DNA of 64,000 nucleotides from Octopus vulgaris (Eukaryota): the NCBI GenBank assembly GCA_951406725.2, contig OX597815.1, positions 41,292,001 to 41,356,000 of the forward strand. The letters run 5' to 3'. Within the stretch, counting starts at the first letter, position 1, and each line of letters starts with the position of its first letter. Positions 27,571 to 42,189 of this stretch are shown here, piece by piece. The notes beneath the pieces were generated by a model. It did not search any database. It worked only from the letters and a program-made list of their open reading frames with translations, and was not told the DNA's origin. The position numbers and the translations under genes are program-made.

Positions 27571-28329
27571 ATGCAGAATAAACAAGCAGGCACATCCCAC
27601 ACAGTGCAAGTGAAATACAACATACATGTGGTCCTCCACACTGACAATACATATCTGTTTGCTCAAGTTGGCAACCAAGTGACTTAAATTTATTATGATC
27701 AACAACTGTTTTGTTTACCAAAATGTCTTTATTACTGTATTTAATATTCAACCATACAAGCTGATACATGTTTGTGTTTATAAGTGTATAGCAAGGATTT
27801 CATCTTTTATGTAGGTTTTTGTGTATGTATACACACACCACTATGCACATATAATTGAATTATGGCTCTCCTCTCTCTCTCTCTCACATGCATGCACTGT
27901 CATAATTTTCATGTTGGCTTTCCTATGCTGGCATGGGATGAAGTTACTTTTGAAGCAGTGCTTTTTAATCAGATGCCCTTTCTGATGTCAACCCTTTTAG
28001 TTGCTGCCTGTGACATGCAGGGATATGATGTACCTATTTAAAAAGTTGGAATGCAGAAACATTATTTATATACATTATAGCATTGTTTAACATTCATCTT
28101 CTGTGCTCGAAGAAGGACTTTATGGTTAAATGTCTTTACCTGTAAAACCCTCACCTGTTTTACAAGTAAGGAATTTTTATATTTCACAGGATTTTAAAAG
28201 CAGAGTGACATCATGTCTGCATCAGCTCTGCTTTACTCAAAAGGTAACATGCGAAATATCAATATTCATGCATGCATACACACGAAAACCTTGATATAGT
28301 TTCCAGCTAGATGTAGTGTACAAAAGAGA

Positions 28330-28550
28330 AGACTGCACAGGTAAGTTGAGGTCATGCATATGAGTGAGGACAGCTGCATAAAGAAGTGCCAAAATCTAAT
28401 TATGGAGGAAATGTGGGAGATGCAGACCCAGAAAGACATGGGATGAAGTGGCAAGAAATGATCTTCAACTGTTGAGCCTCACAGAGATGACAAGGGACCA
28501 AGACTTCTGGTGATTTGCAGTGCTTCAGAAGACACATCAAGCTAAGTAAA
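28330..28550 (+). mobile_element. RTE LINE 3' fragment
   Basis: Similar to 5590-5820 (aagaagtgcc...agacccagaaagacatgggat...gcctcacagag). Confidence 0.7.
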
Positions 28551-29599
28551 ATTGTGGCCATCCATACATATAGGTGTGTTTTACAGCCATGCCCCAACCA
28601 CAATCCACCCTCTGTCAAAGCTCTCCCACAAACCCAGCTCCCAACCATCTCATCACCTATGATCAACACCAGTGCAGGGCCTTCCACTTCCCCTCATGTG
28701 CCTATCTGCACATTCATGCCTTCACGTATCTAGCCCTCCCAACCACTCCAATTTCTCTCACCATCACTTGCTACAGTCACTTCATCCCAATCTCTAAACA
28801 TCTCCCTTCACATTCTTATTGAACATCCTCCTCTATCTTCACTGTACCACTTATCCCCACTGCCCACTGTTCCAATGCAGCTCCAACACCTATTTTTCTC
28901 TCACCCTGACAGTCTCTCTCCATCCTTCTAATTCTATCTCCCCTTTCTCTCATGTTTCCTACTGGGGTAGCCAAATACCTCCTCTAAGTAAGACACCTAC
29001 CTCTATCCCTCTATTATATTCTAATCTCACCTGGCACAGCCACTTTCTTCAATTCTACTCCTTTTCCAAGCTGAAGGGTCTTTACTTTGCAAGTTATATA
29101 GCAACACCTGTGATGTTGGTACCACATAAAAAACAGCCAGTACAATCTGTAAATTGGTTGATGTTAGGAAGCACATCCAGCCGTAGAAAGCATGCCAAAG
29201 CAGACAATGAAACTTGGTGCAGTTCTCCAGTTTACCAGCTCCTGTCAAACTGCTTAACCCATACCAGCATCAAAGATGGACATTGAATCATGATGATGAA
29301 ATGTGTATGTGTGTGTACCCTTATCTTGACATCACATGAATGCTGTGAACAAGCATCACTGTCATACAAGCAATATTTGTCTTCAGTCTTCCGTGAAAGA
29401 CATATTTGGTTGGAGGTAAATATTACCAGGCTTGGAAACAATTGAGAATTAGTAACAGGAAGGATATTTGATTATAGAAAAATCTACCCTACCTTGTGCC
29501 TGACCAATGCAAGCAGGGAGAAATAGACGTTAAACAATGATTCTTTATATATATATATATATATATGTATGTATATCAAACACACACATATTTTTTTTC

Positions 29600-29967
29600 T
29601 TTTTTCCTTGCTTCAGTCATTTGACTGTAGCTATCATTCTGAAGCACTGCCTTTTAGTCGAACAAATCAACCACAGAATTTATTCTTTGTAAGCCTGGTA
29701 CTTATTCTCTCGGTCCCATTTACTGAACTGCTAAGTTATGGGGATGTAAACACACTAACATCAGTTGTCAAGCAATGGAGGGGGGGGGGCAAACACAGAC
29801 ACACACATATGATGGACTTCTTTCAGTTTCAGTCTACCAAATCCACTCACAAAGCTTTGGTCAGCCCAAGGCTATAGCAGATGACACTTTCAGTCCCACA
29901 TGCAGTGGGACTGAACCCTGGACCATGTGGTTGGGAAGCAAGCTTCTTACCACACAGCCACACCTAT
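29600..29967 (-). mobile_element. SINE family A, near full length
   Basis: Reverse complement of 35198-35590. Confidence 0.85.
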
Positions 29968-30000
29968 GTAATTTTTATATGATTTTAGTTCCATCTATAC

Positions 30001-30217
30001 TGAACCCTTTAGCATTTAAACCAGCCATATCTGGACCAAATATTCAATATGTTTTATGCTCAAACTACTCAGATCGAACCTATCACACCTACCCTACAAT
30101 GTCATTTTAAAAATAAACAATCTCACCATCAAAATCTCATAGCTATGAGATATTAAATGATTAATTCAAAACAATGTGAATAAATAAGCATTACATATCT
30201 GAATGCTAAAGGGTTAA
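30001..30217. mobile_element. piggyBac-like MITE; related copies at about 8355-8570 and 44225-44437
   Basis: TIRs CCCTTTAGCATT and AATGCTAAAGGG, with T(G/T)AA target sites. Confidence 0.75.
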
Positions 30218-30759
30218 ATGATAACATTTAGCAATGTAAACCATTTTCTTCATTGTATGTACCTGTGCATGCACACACACACACACATACACATATAGTG
30301 TACATATAGCAAATAATATAGTATACTACCAGACATAGCCAGCATTGCTCGGATTTAAATGGCATAGTTTGTATATATGGTACAGTTAAGTTGAAACATG
30401 TGATAGGGTGAAGTGCAGCATTGACAACAAAACATTTGCAGAATAAATGAAGGGCTAATTTGACTAAGTGACATGTCATGCATCTGTTTGGAAGATTCCA
30501 GGCCTTAACCATGCCATCAGAAAGTGGGTGGAAGGTAACTGATTTCTGAATGCACCAAAAACCTCTTAGTGTAATATAGTCTCCTTTGTGACTGTCAGCG
30601 CTGCCGCTACCATGCTGAACAATCAGCAGACAGGAATTACATGCATGTGATAAATTAAGCCTGTGGGCACACTCAACAGCACCACATGAAAGAAATCTAT
30701 ATGAAGGAAATGACGTGGTAAGGAGAGGTGACAAGAAAATGCTTGGAAACAACACTGTC

Positions 30760-31175
30760 ACGCAATATTTCAGTTTGGGATCAATAGCTGTGACTCAACC
30801 AGGCACTCCTTTGCATAAACAGCATGTGACCATTGTGAGGACAACTCAACTCCCAAACAAAAACATTTCTGCATGCAGCTTTGGAGTACACAAGGTCACA
30901 TTAAGGACATGGTCTCTAACAAATGCGGTTGGGTCACGTGACGTTGGATTACTGACGTGGCTGGGAATCAATAGTTGTGGCTCAACCATGCACTCCTTCG
31001 CATAAACAGTGTGTGACCATTGTGAGGACAACTCAGCTTCTAATTTTGCATGCAGCATCCAGGCACGCAAGGTTACAATAAGGACACAGTCTCTAACTAA
31101 CATGGTTGGGTCTTAGACCCCATAAATTAGTAGGCTAATGTACATGCAATATTTCGGTTTGTAATCAATAGCTGA
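30760..31175. repeat. Diverged direct repeat, ~186 bp period (two copies plus a partial third)
   Basis: atcaatag.tgtg.ctcaacca.gcactcctt.gcataaacag...gaccattgtgaggacaactca...ggttgggtc at about 30780-30935 and 30967-31112. Confidence 0.85.
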
Positions 31176-34100
31176 ATAATATTTGTATGGGCTTCATCTA
31201 TGCTTTGAAGGAAGAATTTGATACTAAAGCTAAAAGAAAATAGTTGAATAATTGCTCAGGATTTAACATATTTTTCAAAATAAACATAGTTCATTCCAAA
31301 CAGTTTTTATTCTAACAAATTGCTACCAATGGTACAACAGGAACAGGTTATTATTGCTATCACAGACAACGGAGTTTGAAGTCTACACTGGTTTAACCAT
31401 TTAACACAACCTACTTGTATCATTTCAAATGTGGATTAATCACCCTGGACATAAAGGAGACAATCAGTTTCTGAAAGTTATTTTGCAGAGTTACCTCCCT
31501 TCTCTACAGTAGTTGTAAAACCACAAGAAAGGGGGTTTTCTGCTCTGAGGGATCCCATTACTCATTATGTCAGAAATTTTAAGACTTTAAAACCATCTCT
31601 GGAACATAAATAATATATGTTTCCCAGTTTGGAGAAAATCAGTTGCGAACTTCAGAAGTTATGCAGGTTTACACACACACACACACAGTCCAAGAGAATT
31701 TTCAAGCTGAAATTAACAACATTGCCTTCATTAGCTAAAGAAGGGCCATTGGCAAATATGATGAATTCTGCTGCTCCATTTGAAAATAAATAAATAAAAA
31801 TCATGCAAATACCCAATTACTCTATTAGCTAATATATCAATTTAGACAAGGCAAAAAAGCATTAAAGTTTGTGAAGAGAGAATAATGAGAATGGTAAATG
31901 AGAAAGGAATATAATGATCTCAGATATGATATAAATTTAAAAAACTGAATGAAATTCTTGATAATGATCTAACAGAGCTTTATGTTAGAAGTTTGCATTT
32001 AATCTTCACTGGTTGGGTAAAACAAAATTATTTGCCAAACTTTGATTTCATTTGAGATTCTTTCAAGATAAATTGAATTTATTCAATCTTAATAATTAAC
32101 GTTAATTTTCCATACCAGAATATGATGGAGAAGGTGAAAAGAGATTTATACACAACTGTTAAAGGAGATTTTAGAATATATTGGCCTGTTATATTGATGC
32201 CTCAAGCAGTGAATACATCTGTTACAGTTGAGCAGAGTCACTCCGCAAAGGCATTCATATATTTAGCAAGTAGTAATGCATCCAAAGAAGATTACATAAA
32301 AATTCATCTCATGAAAGCATGGGTTGTTCTTAAGGTTTCAGTGTCACCTGGAAGCCATCAGTGATATTAGGAGAAATTTCTTCCATGCCACTATGGAATC
32401 AATGCAGCTGTACTGGTTCAATATGCAGACACTCACTGGACACTGAGGCAAGACTAGGTAGAACTTACATTCACACATTACAGGTTGTTTTGAATATCTT
32501 GTAGAAAAGCATTTCACCAAAGATTGTATAGTAGTCTTCTTACAATCATTAGAGAGAGATGCATGCTTTTTCAGGACACTGCTGAAGTGTTAAGCAAGAA
32601 CTCATTAGTTATACATTACTATGGACACCCAAACATGGATATACAAGGACTTTCTATCTAGCAAAATCCTTCATTGGCAGCTCTGAATGGACATTGGGTG
32701 TTGCCCTAATGACTTCTTGAGTATTGTGTGGGATCATGGTGAATGAGGTGATTGAATTTGGGCAAATCCAAGGAAGCTTGACCACCCAGACAAGACTCTT
32801 GTACTGTCAACTACTCATTAATAATATTCCAAGAGGAAAAGAACTATGTAAATAAGGAGAAATGTCACAAAGGAAAACAGTATTAAAAGATCGTTCTTGA
32901 CCTAACTTATGTGATAGACAATTATCAAATTACAATAGTTAAGTTTTCAATAGCTGAAAACTATTATGAAGTGTTGATAAACTGAAAAACAAAATTAAGA
33001 AACTGCCTTGAATAAGACTTGAATAAGAGGCAATCAAAGAAAAGACATACAATATGTCTATGTTTATAAAATAACAAACTCCATTTATTCTCTTTCCATT
33101 CTGAAGTCTTTCATGTTTTGCTAAATAAAAAAAAAAACCTCATAATGGTTTCAAAATAATCACTGATAAAATGGTAACCCTTTTCCTGCTGTGTCTGTCC
33201 CTTTGTTACAGCTTGAAAGAATTAACAAGATTATAAAGATTATTCAGAAGAGACACACACACACACACATTCTCAAGTTAAATTGTTCTTGGGTATCTGT
33301 TAAAGCAAATTTATTCACTATAATGTATGTCAGAGAGATGGTATTGAATAAAACAAAAACAATGGTACAAGAAATACCAGTCTACAACCAGTACAGCTAT
33401 CACTTTCACCATCAAAGTCACCTATCTACCTCTCCTCTCCCCCAAAATGATTTTATAGCCATATTTTCATGCTGGTTTAAGCCAGTCAAACAAGCAGAAT
33501 ACTACATCTGTTTCCCTTAACCTCTTATTATCCTCTTCACAAAACTTTTAGGATAATTTGAGTATTTCCCTCTCTATGTTTTCTCATCTTTGTAGTTTGT
33601 TTTTCCTTTTTCTTTTTATTCTATTACATTCAGTCCACAGATCTTCAAAATACCTCAGCAACACTTACAACTATTTAACTCTTGATATAAACCCAAGACT
33701 GTCACTGGTTCTTTCATGTAAAACTACTTTATTTTTCAAGTGATCGATATATAAATCAAAACTTTACATTCTATTTTTAAGCAAGAAGCTTTCTGGTAAT
33801 TCAAACAAATAATGAAAACCTCTATATTTCCAATTATCTTGACAATTCTTTTAAATATATACAATGAACTTCATTAAAAATATTCTAATACAGAAATTTG
33901 AATTGATTTCTTTTATCTTTTAATTTTGCTTGTTTCAGGCATTGGACTGCACCACCTTTGAATGTTTTTAATTTGAAGGATTGACCCGAGTCCTTTTTTT
34001 TCCTCTCTTTCAAACATAGTACTTATTTTGTTGGTCTCCTTTGCCAAACTTCTAATTCATGGAATAACACCAGCTGTCAAACTGTGGTGGGGGGACAAAC

Positions 34101-35197
34101 AAAGACACACATGTACTTAGATATAAATATACCAGGCATACATACATACAAATATGATGGACTTTCAGTTTCCATCTACCAAATCTACTCACAAGGCTTT
34201 ACTCAGCCTTGAACTTACAGAAGACACTTGCCAAGGTGCCAAGTAATGGGACTACACTCAGAACCATGTGGTTGGATTTTCTTTCTCTTCTACAATCTCC
34301 AGTTTTTCTTTTTTCTTATGCAAGACTTGAGAAACATTTACTTGTCCAAAAATTTTACATTTCTGTTTTACTCAAACTATTGTAAATGGTATTCAGTTAA
34401 CTTTTGTATTAATGATCATAATCATTCTCAATTACATGTTAATCTTAATTTGCTTAAATACACTAAGGATTATTTTGACAGCAATTTAAAACAAAGATTA
34501 TAGAGAAGCTAACTTGATATTTAAAAAAAGGTTTATAGGAAAGATTTCATTTCTACAAAGTTCTCAAGTCGCAGACACATTTGTACGGTTAAGAAGCTTG
34601 ATTTGCAACCACGTGGTTTCAAATTCAGTCCCACAGTGCAGCACCTTGGGTTAAGTGTCTTTTACTAAAGCCCCGGGACAATGAATACTCTGTGAGTGAA
34701 TTTAGTAGATGGAAACTGTAGAAGCCCATTATATGTGTGTTTGTTGTCTTTGTGTTTGTGTTTATTCACACCCACCACATGACAACTGATGTTGGTTTGT
34801 TTATGTTCCAGTAACTTAGCAGTTTGACAAAAGAGACCAATAGGGTAAGTATCTGACTTAAAAAATAAGTACTGGGGTTAATTTATTTGACTAAAAACCT
34901 TTCAAGGAAGTGCCCCAGCATGGCCACAGTCCAGTGACTAAAACAAATAAGAGATGAAAGGTACCAAGTCACTTCTTTAAAAATCTTTTTTAACAGTTTT
35001 TCAAGTTTGCAAGGACAAGACAGTTTATTTGTTAAGTGAAACCCAAGATAGACTTAAATTAGCATAGTTAGGTACCTTATTCAATGGTACAATTAAATTA
35101 ATGACTGTATGAAAAAGTTTCAGTAAAAAAAAGTTTTATAAAAATGTAGAAAGAACAAAATATAATCTGGATGACAAAAAATTATCTTGCAAAACAT

Positions 35198-35590
35198 AGG
35201 TACAGGAGTGGCTGTGTGGTAAGTAGCTTGCTTACCAACCACATGGTTCCAGGTTCAGTCCCACTGTGTGGCACCTTGGGCAAGTGTCTTCTACTATAGC
35301 CTCAGGCTGACCAAAGCCTTGTGAGTGGATTTGGTAGACAGAAACTGAAAGAAGCTCATCGTATATATGTAGATATGTATGTGTGTGTATGTGTGTCTGT
35401 GTTTGTTCCCCCAACATTGCTTGACAACCGATGCTGGTGTGTTTATGTCCCCGTAACTTAGCGATTCGGCAAAAGAGACCGATAGAATAAGTACTAGGCT
35501 TACAAAGAATAAGTCCTGCAGTCGATTTGCTCAACTAAAAGCAGTGCTCCAGCATAGCCGCAGTCAAATGACTGAAACAAGTAAAAGAAT
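35198..35590 (+). mobile_element. tRNA-derived SINE family A, best full-length copy
   Basis: A-box TGGCTGTGTGG and B-box GGTTCAGTCCC, central (TA/TG)n, tail gactgaaacaagtaaaag. Other copies at 33910-34275 (-), 34575-34955 (+), 45190-45895 (-, interrupted), 53196-53346 (-), 58020-58330 (-) and 59160-59310 (+). Confidence 0.9.
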
Positions 35591-36339
35591 ATATATATAT
35601 ATATATACTTAGTGGTTCAGCAAAGAGACAACTAGAATAAGTATTAGTAAAAATAAGTCCTGAGGGTCTAATTGTTTGTCAAAAACACTTCAAGATGGTG
35701 CTCCAGCATGGCTGCAGTCAAATGACTGAAACAAAATAATAAAAGGAAGAAAAACATTTGAAGTCTAGGTGTTATGTTTTACCTGTGCCTTTTAAACTTG
35801 TGATAAAGAAATGTAAGGTTGCAGTACCACAAACCTTTGTAGAGACAGTGTTCATCTCATTAAAGAAGTTATTCAGACACTGATTTAAATGAGGTTCATT
35901 GACATGAATATACAATATAATATATGCATACAGAATTTATAGTAGAAATCGTCAGAGGGAAACATTAGATAAAAGCATATTAGACTTTCTGAGAATGCCA
36001 AGTGGTGCAAAGGAAATTATGCAACATAGAATGAAAGGAAATATGCAGTTATGCTCATCAACAGATACGGAAAAGAAGCTTTATAATACTGTCACGGTGC
36101 TGCCACACCATCTCATCTGTGACACCCAATGTTTCCAAATATGTGCTTACTAGTTGTGCTTCCAGTTTTACTTATTCCAATTCTACTACCAGTGCCTTCC
36201 AGAATTAACTCATAAATCTTGAGAATTTAACAAACAATCACTCATATCTTTTATTACAGCTTCCTAATTCTCTTCAATTTTCTCCATTTCTTGCCCTCAT
36301 ATAATGATTTACAACCACATTTAGGGCTAATTATATTAT

Positions 36340-36830
36340 CTAACTCTCAGAAATCACAGGCTACTTTCAGCATGTTACCTGAAAAGCTAACCGTCTTCAA
36401 TTAAAGACGACGCTTGTACATTTAGTATAGTTGACTGACTGAGATCTCATGACAGTTTTATGTTCCAATCTATTTCATCTTGGCATATCATACTAGACTG
36501 CTTCTTTGGCACTGCTCCATTTTTCAGTCACATCTGATACCCCCTCCTGATACCAACAAGTACTTTAGTTTGAGCCATATCAAAATTAATTCTTAGTTTC
36601 AAATTCTTTCCGACTTTCTCAAGAACTAAAATAAACAAATATGGGCTAGGGACTAAAACTTGATATATGCTCACTTGTAGAGTAAATCCTTACTTTCTAC
36701 ATTAGTATCCTTATTCCTACATTTGATACCTTCAAGGCCTGGAAGTTCTTTCAAGTCATTCCTTCATACCATACATGCATTCTTATTGTTCAATACTTAA
36801 GTCAACAAATAGACATAAGAGCACATGGTC
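36340..36830 (-). mobile_element. Highly decayed LINE RT fragment
   Basis: The minus strand has traces such as LFVD and a SPx.F.LF-like segment. Many stops. Confidence 0.4.
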
Positions 36831-37989
36831 TTCCCCTGGTGGACAGCTATCATGGCAAGACAATTCCTTCTAGATTAAGTTAAGACCTGAAAGTTTTGAA
36901 TATACATCAGAGTAAAAAAGGTTTACAGAGTATATACATTTTTTTTTTTCTTTTGCACAATATGAAGTTCATAAAGTTTCTAATCATTGGTAGCCATGTA
37001 TAGTACTATTTCATCCTTCTTTGGAATTATCAGCACAGCATAACTTGAGACAAATGAATTAAGCTAAATTCAACATTTTATGAAGTTAGACATATCTTAA
37101 AAAGAGAAAAATAGTTTAGAGTTTAAAGGCATTCCTGATCATTACTATTTTTTTGCTATCTTATTTTCATTAGAACTTTACCACAGATTCTTCTTGCAGT
37201 TATATTAGCAGAATTACTGCATCTATAGCTCTACATCCGAGTGCAAGCCGAAAATGTACTTGACTAAATTCACTATCCTGTAGTAAATCAATTAATTTAA
37301 GAACATATCTCAAATACATTACTTTTATATTGTAACATTTGATAGCGATATTATCTTGTGATCTGTGAGGATAATAAATCCTTGCACAATCTTACTGGTT
37401 GTGAGTGAGTAATGTGATACCAACCAGCTTGAGGTTCCTAACATACATCAAGGCTAGTTAATGAAAACTTAAGGTTTTCAATACCCAACCTTGAAACACA
37501 CCTCTTTGATTGAAACTGGCCCAATAGTTACACAATTCAGAAGGTGGTTTTAAGCACACAAAAATATGAGCAAGATACTAGTTAATGACCTCAATTTCAC
37601 AAACAGACCAACAATATTATGAAAATGTACACTTCTGAAGGGAATGTTTATATAGCATTGCTTCATCTAAACAATAATACAATAGTGACTGCATCAGAGA
37701 AATAGCAACAATTCAGATTATCTAATCATAAATAATTTCATGAATATCAAAGCAGTAATGCTTAAATAAATATCCCTATTAAAATCAGCATAAAATCCTG
37801 CTTTGGGTCACAAAGTTTGGAGCAATGTCAAAAGCCAAAAATAAAAGAAAGTGTTAAAACTGAGCAGAGGAAATGTATGTTGTTTTGCAAAGCCATGCCA
37901 TCAGATGAGTACAAGATATTAATCTAACAATGATGACAGAACTGAATTATCTCAGAACAGAATACTATATATACATGTTTGTTCCTTCT

Positions 37990-38300
37990 TGATACATGTT
38001 TGTTCCTTCTTGAGACATGTCTGGCTCATAAGGGCTGGTTTCCTGGTTTCCTTGGCATATAGGTTCCCAACCTGGATGGAACACCAGTCCGTCGCAGGTG
38101 AGTTGCAAGATGCAGGAGGGAAGAGTGAGAGAAAGTTGTGGCGAAAGAGTCAGCAGACGTTCGCCATTACCTTCTGCCAGAGCCACATGGAGCTTAGGTG
38201 TTTCGCTCATAAACACACACATCACCCAGTCTGAGATTCGAACCTGCGATCTCTCGACCACAAGTCTGCTGCTCTAACCACTAGGCCATGTGCCTCCACA
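37990..38300 (-). mobile_element. tRNA-derived SINE family C
   Basis: Minus strand reads gtggaggcacatggcctagtggttagagcagc...ggttcgaatctcagac (A and B boxes). A 22-bp tandem duplication lies at the tail. Confidence 0.85.
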
Positions 38301-40769
38301 CACACACACACACACACACACACAACAAGGGAGACACTATATGGTCATTTGACCTGCTAGAAATAGCAACCATATCTTACCCTCTTCAAAAAAAGAAAAC
38401 AAAACAAAACACAAAACCCGATATGTTATAGTTCCTAACACACAAAACAATAGAATGGCTGAGATAGTCATGTCAGCAACACTTGGTCAGTGCTGGCTTT
38501 AAGCTAAAAGCAACAATAATAACCGTCTATAAGAAAACAAAATGCAGCAGGTTTCATTAGATAAAATGCAATACAACCCTATTGTGATTAATCTAAATTA
38601 TCAACACAGTGAGACAATTTTACAGTTGAAGAGATGTTTTGTGCAATGTGCTATCAAGTAAGACTTCACAGACTCATTATTTAGTACTGCAAAACAAATA
38701 TATGAACAAGATAAAAAATATTAATAATAAAATAAAAATAAAGAAAAAGAATGGAAGGAATAATATTTTTAAGTGGTGATAAATGCTTTAAAAAAAATCT
38801 GTTAGAACTACAAATGGAATTTATTGAAATTATAGAATACACTGGTATTGAACCAATATGTTTAACTTGGCTAACTCAGTAAAACAGCATTTTATTTAGA
38901 GAAAACGTAAAATGCTTAGCAATCTTAAAATATTGCAACGAATAAATAAAATAATGTTACCATTAGGAAAGAAAATAAGAAAACAATTGTTTAGTTCAGA
39001 AATGTTTTAAATATACATGTATTTAAAGAAATTAATTATATAAAAATAATTTAACACTTTAAAAAAAATTTTAGTACAAGACACAATAACAATAATTATT
39101 TTAAAATGCTTATTTTTAATAAATAGATGATAACCAACAAAAATGTCAGATGTGATAGAGAGAGAAAAAGGAAAAAGAAGAAAAATACAAGCATAAGCAG
39201 AAAAGAGATGTGTAAGTTTAAGATATGCAAATATGCAATACTGCTAAAATCTACAACAGTAGGTTTTAGCAGAACTTGCACTCAAAATGTCTCTGCTATT
39301 TTAATACATCAAATTGTTTTATAAAGAAAGGAATAAATTAAACTCTAAAACAGAACAAACAGAAGATTAAGTGAATCCTAGTGAATAATCTATGTTTTCA
39401 TTTGTTAAAAGAATCTTCCCTCTCATATTTTCAAAACTAGTGTTCTGAGAACTAATTAATAATTGTCGTAATTGACTATAATTCGGACATCATTATGCTT
39501 ATTCTGTAAGCTATATGTCCAATACTTGCATCATTTAGCTATACAGAGGTAGGGTTTTAATTTTAAGAGACTTCTTTAAATATCAACAAAATTCATTATC
39601 ATATGCAAATGTACAATAAAATCCTAATAAGGCATTGCAGCTCATAATCTCATCAGGTACTAATTAGAAGAAGAGTGCTCATGTGTTAGGTACAGGAAAT
39701 GGGGAAGAAAGGAAGTGATGTAAGAATAATAAGAAGGCTAGAACAGAAGTATGAGTTTGTATAGTAAAGAAGTCTGCAAGGTGGATTTACAATAACTGCC
39801 AAGTACTTGATGGTAAGAAGGTAACAGGAGGAATTTTCAGAAGACAAAGGTAATGCTGCATGTTACCCAACACCATTTACTTGGATGTGGCCTGATAGTG
39901 ATAGAATTCAGCAGATGAAATATCAACCAAAGCTAAAGGTTTGGAAACTGAAAGATAATGAGCAAAGATCTAAGAGAGAAGTTGACTATAACAGAGGACG
40001 TTATGGTTCAACTTGAAACTGGTAGTAAAAAAAATGAATACTGATGAAAAGCAGTTTGAAAGGAGAGGTGAAAATGTGAAGAGAGTGTATGGAAGCAAAG
40101 CATAGGAAGGTGAATATCAGAAAGATGAAGGCAAAAGCACATCATTTTGTATGATTTGATGTTATTTGAAGATAGTCTTACATAGGAATAAATCATGTCA
40201 CCAAATCAACAAGGCTCTTCTTCCATATTTTGTTCAGTTTCTGGATTCTAGAACATTTGCATTACCCTCATCGTTTTTATCTGTTTAGCAAATAGTAAAA
40301 CAGGTTTCCATGTCTTAAAGCGATATACTTGTCTGTGACTGAGATTATCTCCAGTTCTACAATGTTACCACTGTTGGGTGATGACATTTGTTCACATAAC
40401 CAGAAGTATTTGCCAAGAAGTGTAGTTTCACAGCATTATCAAACCAACAAATGTTTCATTGGCTTATGTTACTGAGACTGACTCCACCCACAGGAATATG
40501 TTCAACTCTGATAAATAATTTATTAAAAAGGCAAGGGCTAAGTGAATAAACTCTTATAGAATTAAAATCCTGAAGCATTCTGACTGATTTCTTGTCTTTG
40601 TTCTATCTATCTGTTCCTAACCAGACAAACATGGGTCAAATTTTCTACCTTTGTAATCTTTTTAGTTAACATTTAAAAATCTTTGTCAGTATCATTTCTG
40701 GTCAGCAACTATTTAAACAAAACTCCTTTATCTCCTCTATCATCATACATTCAGATTAACCTATCTTGT

Positions 40770-41100
40770 ACAGAAGGAGTTCTCAACCATTTTTATCTTT
40801 GGACCCCTTTGATTACTATTTTATTCTGGTGGAGCCCTCCATATAGCCAGTTGATGTTTAAAAACTAATTTTATAGAAATTTCTTTCAAAATACCTATTT
40901 TGGTTTTCACTATTTCCCTTGTGTAGATTGAACTATGTAAAATGTTAGAGAAAGAAATTTAAATGTTTCTTGCAATACAAAGTAATATGTATGTCTAAAT
41001 TTTTTCAGGGGCCCTTAAAATGCTATTGTTGTTACCCAATTTACTATCTTGCTGCATAGATTCCCAAAAATTTAATATGGACCTCAGTTGAGAACTACTG
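40770..41100. mobile_element. hAT (Charlie-like) MITE; related fragment at about 26900-27118
   Basis: Ends ..AGTTCTCAAC and GTTGAGAACTACTG. Confidence 0.6.
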
Positions 41101-41504
41101 TTGTACAGAATACTTGATTTCTCTAATACTCCAACTTCAGATATTCAGTTCATATTAAGCATCAAGCAAAATACTTTTATTTATTCTAGATGTTATGTAA
41201 TACCTTACATCTCCTTTAATACTTGAAACTTCAGTTTAATCATATATCATATCAAATTGTAATTAGAACTACATGTTGATGCCTTATTCATCCATTCAAA
41301 TTAGGGATCAAAACCCATGTAGTTTCGTCCCTTGCATTTCATGCTCAGCCCCAATTTAAGCCAATAACATAAAATCTATGCAGGTACATGAAGAACTATA
41401 GCTATGAATTGCTAACTAGTTATGAGTTCACATTTTACTACCGTTAAACTGGACTACAGACAGCTGAACATACAACAATCCTGCTACATAACTGAGTAGT
41501 TGGT

Positions 41505-41913
41505 GATAGGATTAACCATTAAGCAAAATAAGCACATAAGGGAAGGAAGAGACACTACAGAAATGGTAACTGGTTTACGGCACTAAAGAAATCACATTAA
41601 ATTTGCTAAAATAATATTCGGAATGCCTTTATCTCTAAGTATAGATCCACATGTATTACCTAAGATTAATTTTGAGGATCTGATCAAAGACTTTGCAATT
41701 CATAAAAGTAGGAGGAAACTTTTCAAATATAAATAAAGTGAAAGTAAAAAAAAAACTTTATTTTCCCTCTTACTGTTTTGTTTTGTTTTGAAAAATAAAA
41801 ATTTATTTTATGGCTTGTTATAGTTTATATTCTGAATTACATAATCTTTTACGGGAGCACCAAAATCTTTTAAGTGCTTAGGTCTTCAATAATTAGGGCC
41901 TTAATCTGGCCCT
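41505..41913 (+). mobile_element. Internally deleted hAT transposon
   Basis: Encodes LSIDPHVLPKINFEDLIKDFAIHKSRRKLF, resembling the hAT C-terminal dimerisation region. The 3' end is ttaatctggccctg. Confidence 0.65.
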
Positions 41914-42059
41914 GGGAAGACAGCACAGTTCCAAAACAATTGTTTTAACAAAAACTTTGTAACCATGCTGCCATGGCAAATTGCATTTACACATTTGCAG
42001 CAAATTACAACCAATCAATCATAAATTCATCAAACTGAATAAAAAAAAAAAACATTTAC

Positions 42060-42189
42060 CTAACAAAATATGCAGCATCCTTCAATACATTTTTGAAAGT
42101 GTCCATATAGATTTTTGCTTGCTTTTTCTTACAGTTCTGCACCACATCATTGCATAAATAAAACAAAGTAAGGCGGTGAGCAGTTTTAT
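42060..42189 (-). CDS. RPRD2: RPRD2 coding exon (about exon 2), CID domain: (D)KTAHRLTLFYLCNDVVQNCKKKQAKIYMDTFKNVLKDAAYFV(R)
   Basis: Acceptor ttttttccccccag and donor TAG|gtaaat. 130 nt, phase 1 to 2. Matches the CID motif HRLxLFYLxNDVxQNCK of RPRD2/Rtt103-family proteins. Confidence 0.95.

Noticed and set aside
40041-40065. CTGATGA-AAA gcag TTT-GAAA hammerhead-like string
   Set aside because: No stem I, stem III or UH triplet; it lies in a decayed LINE-like region.
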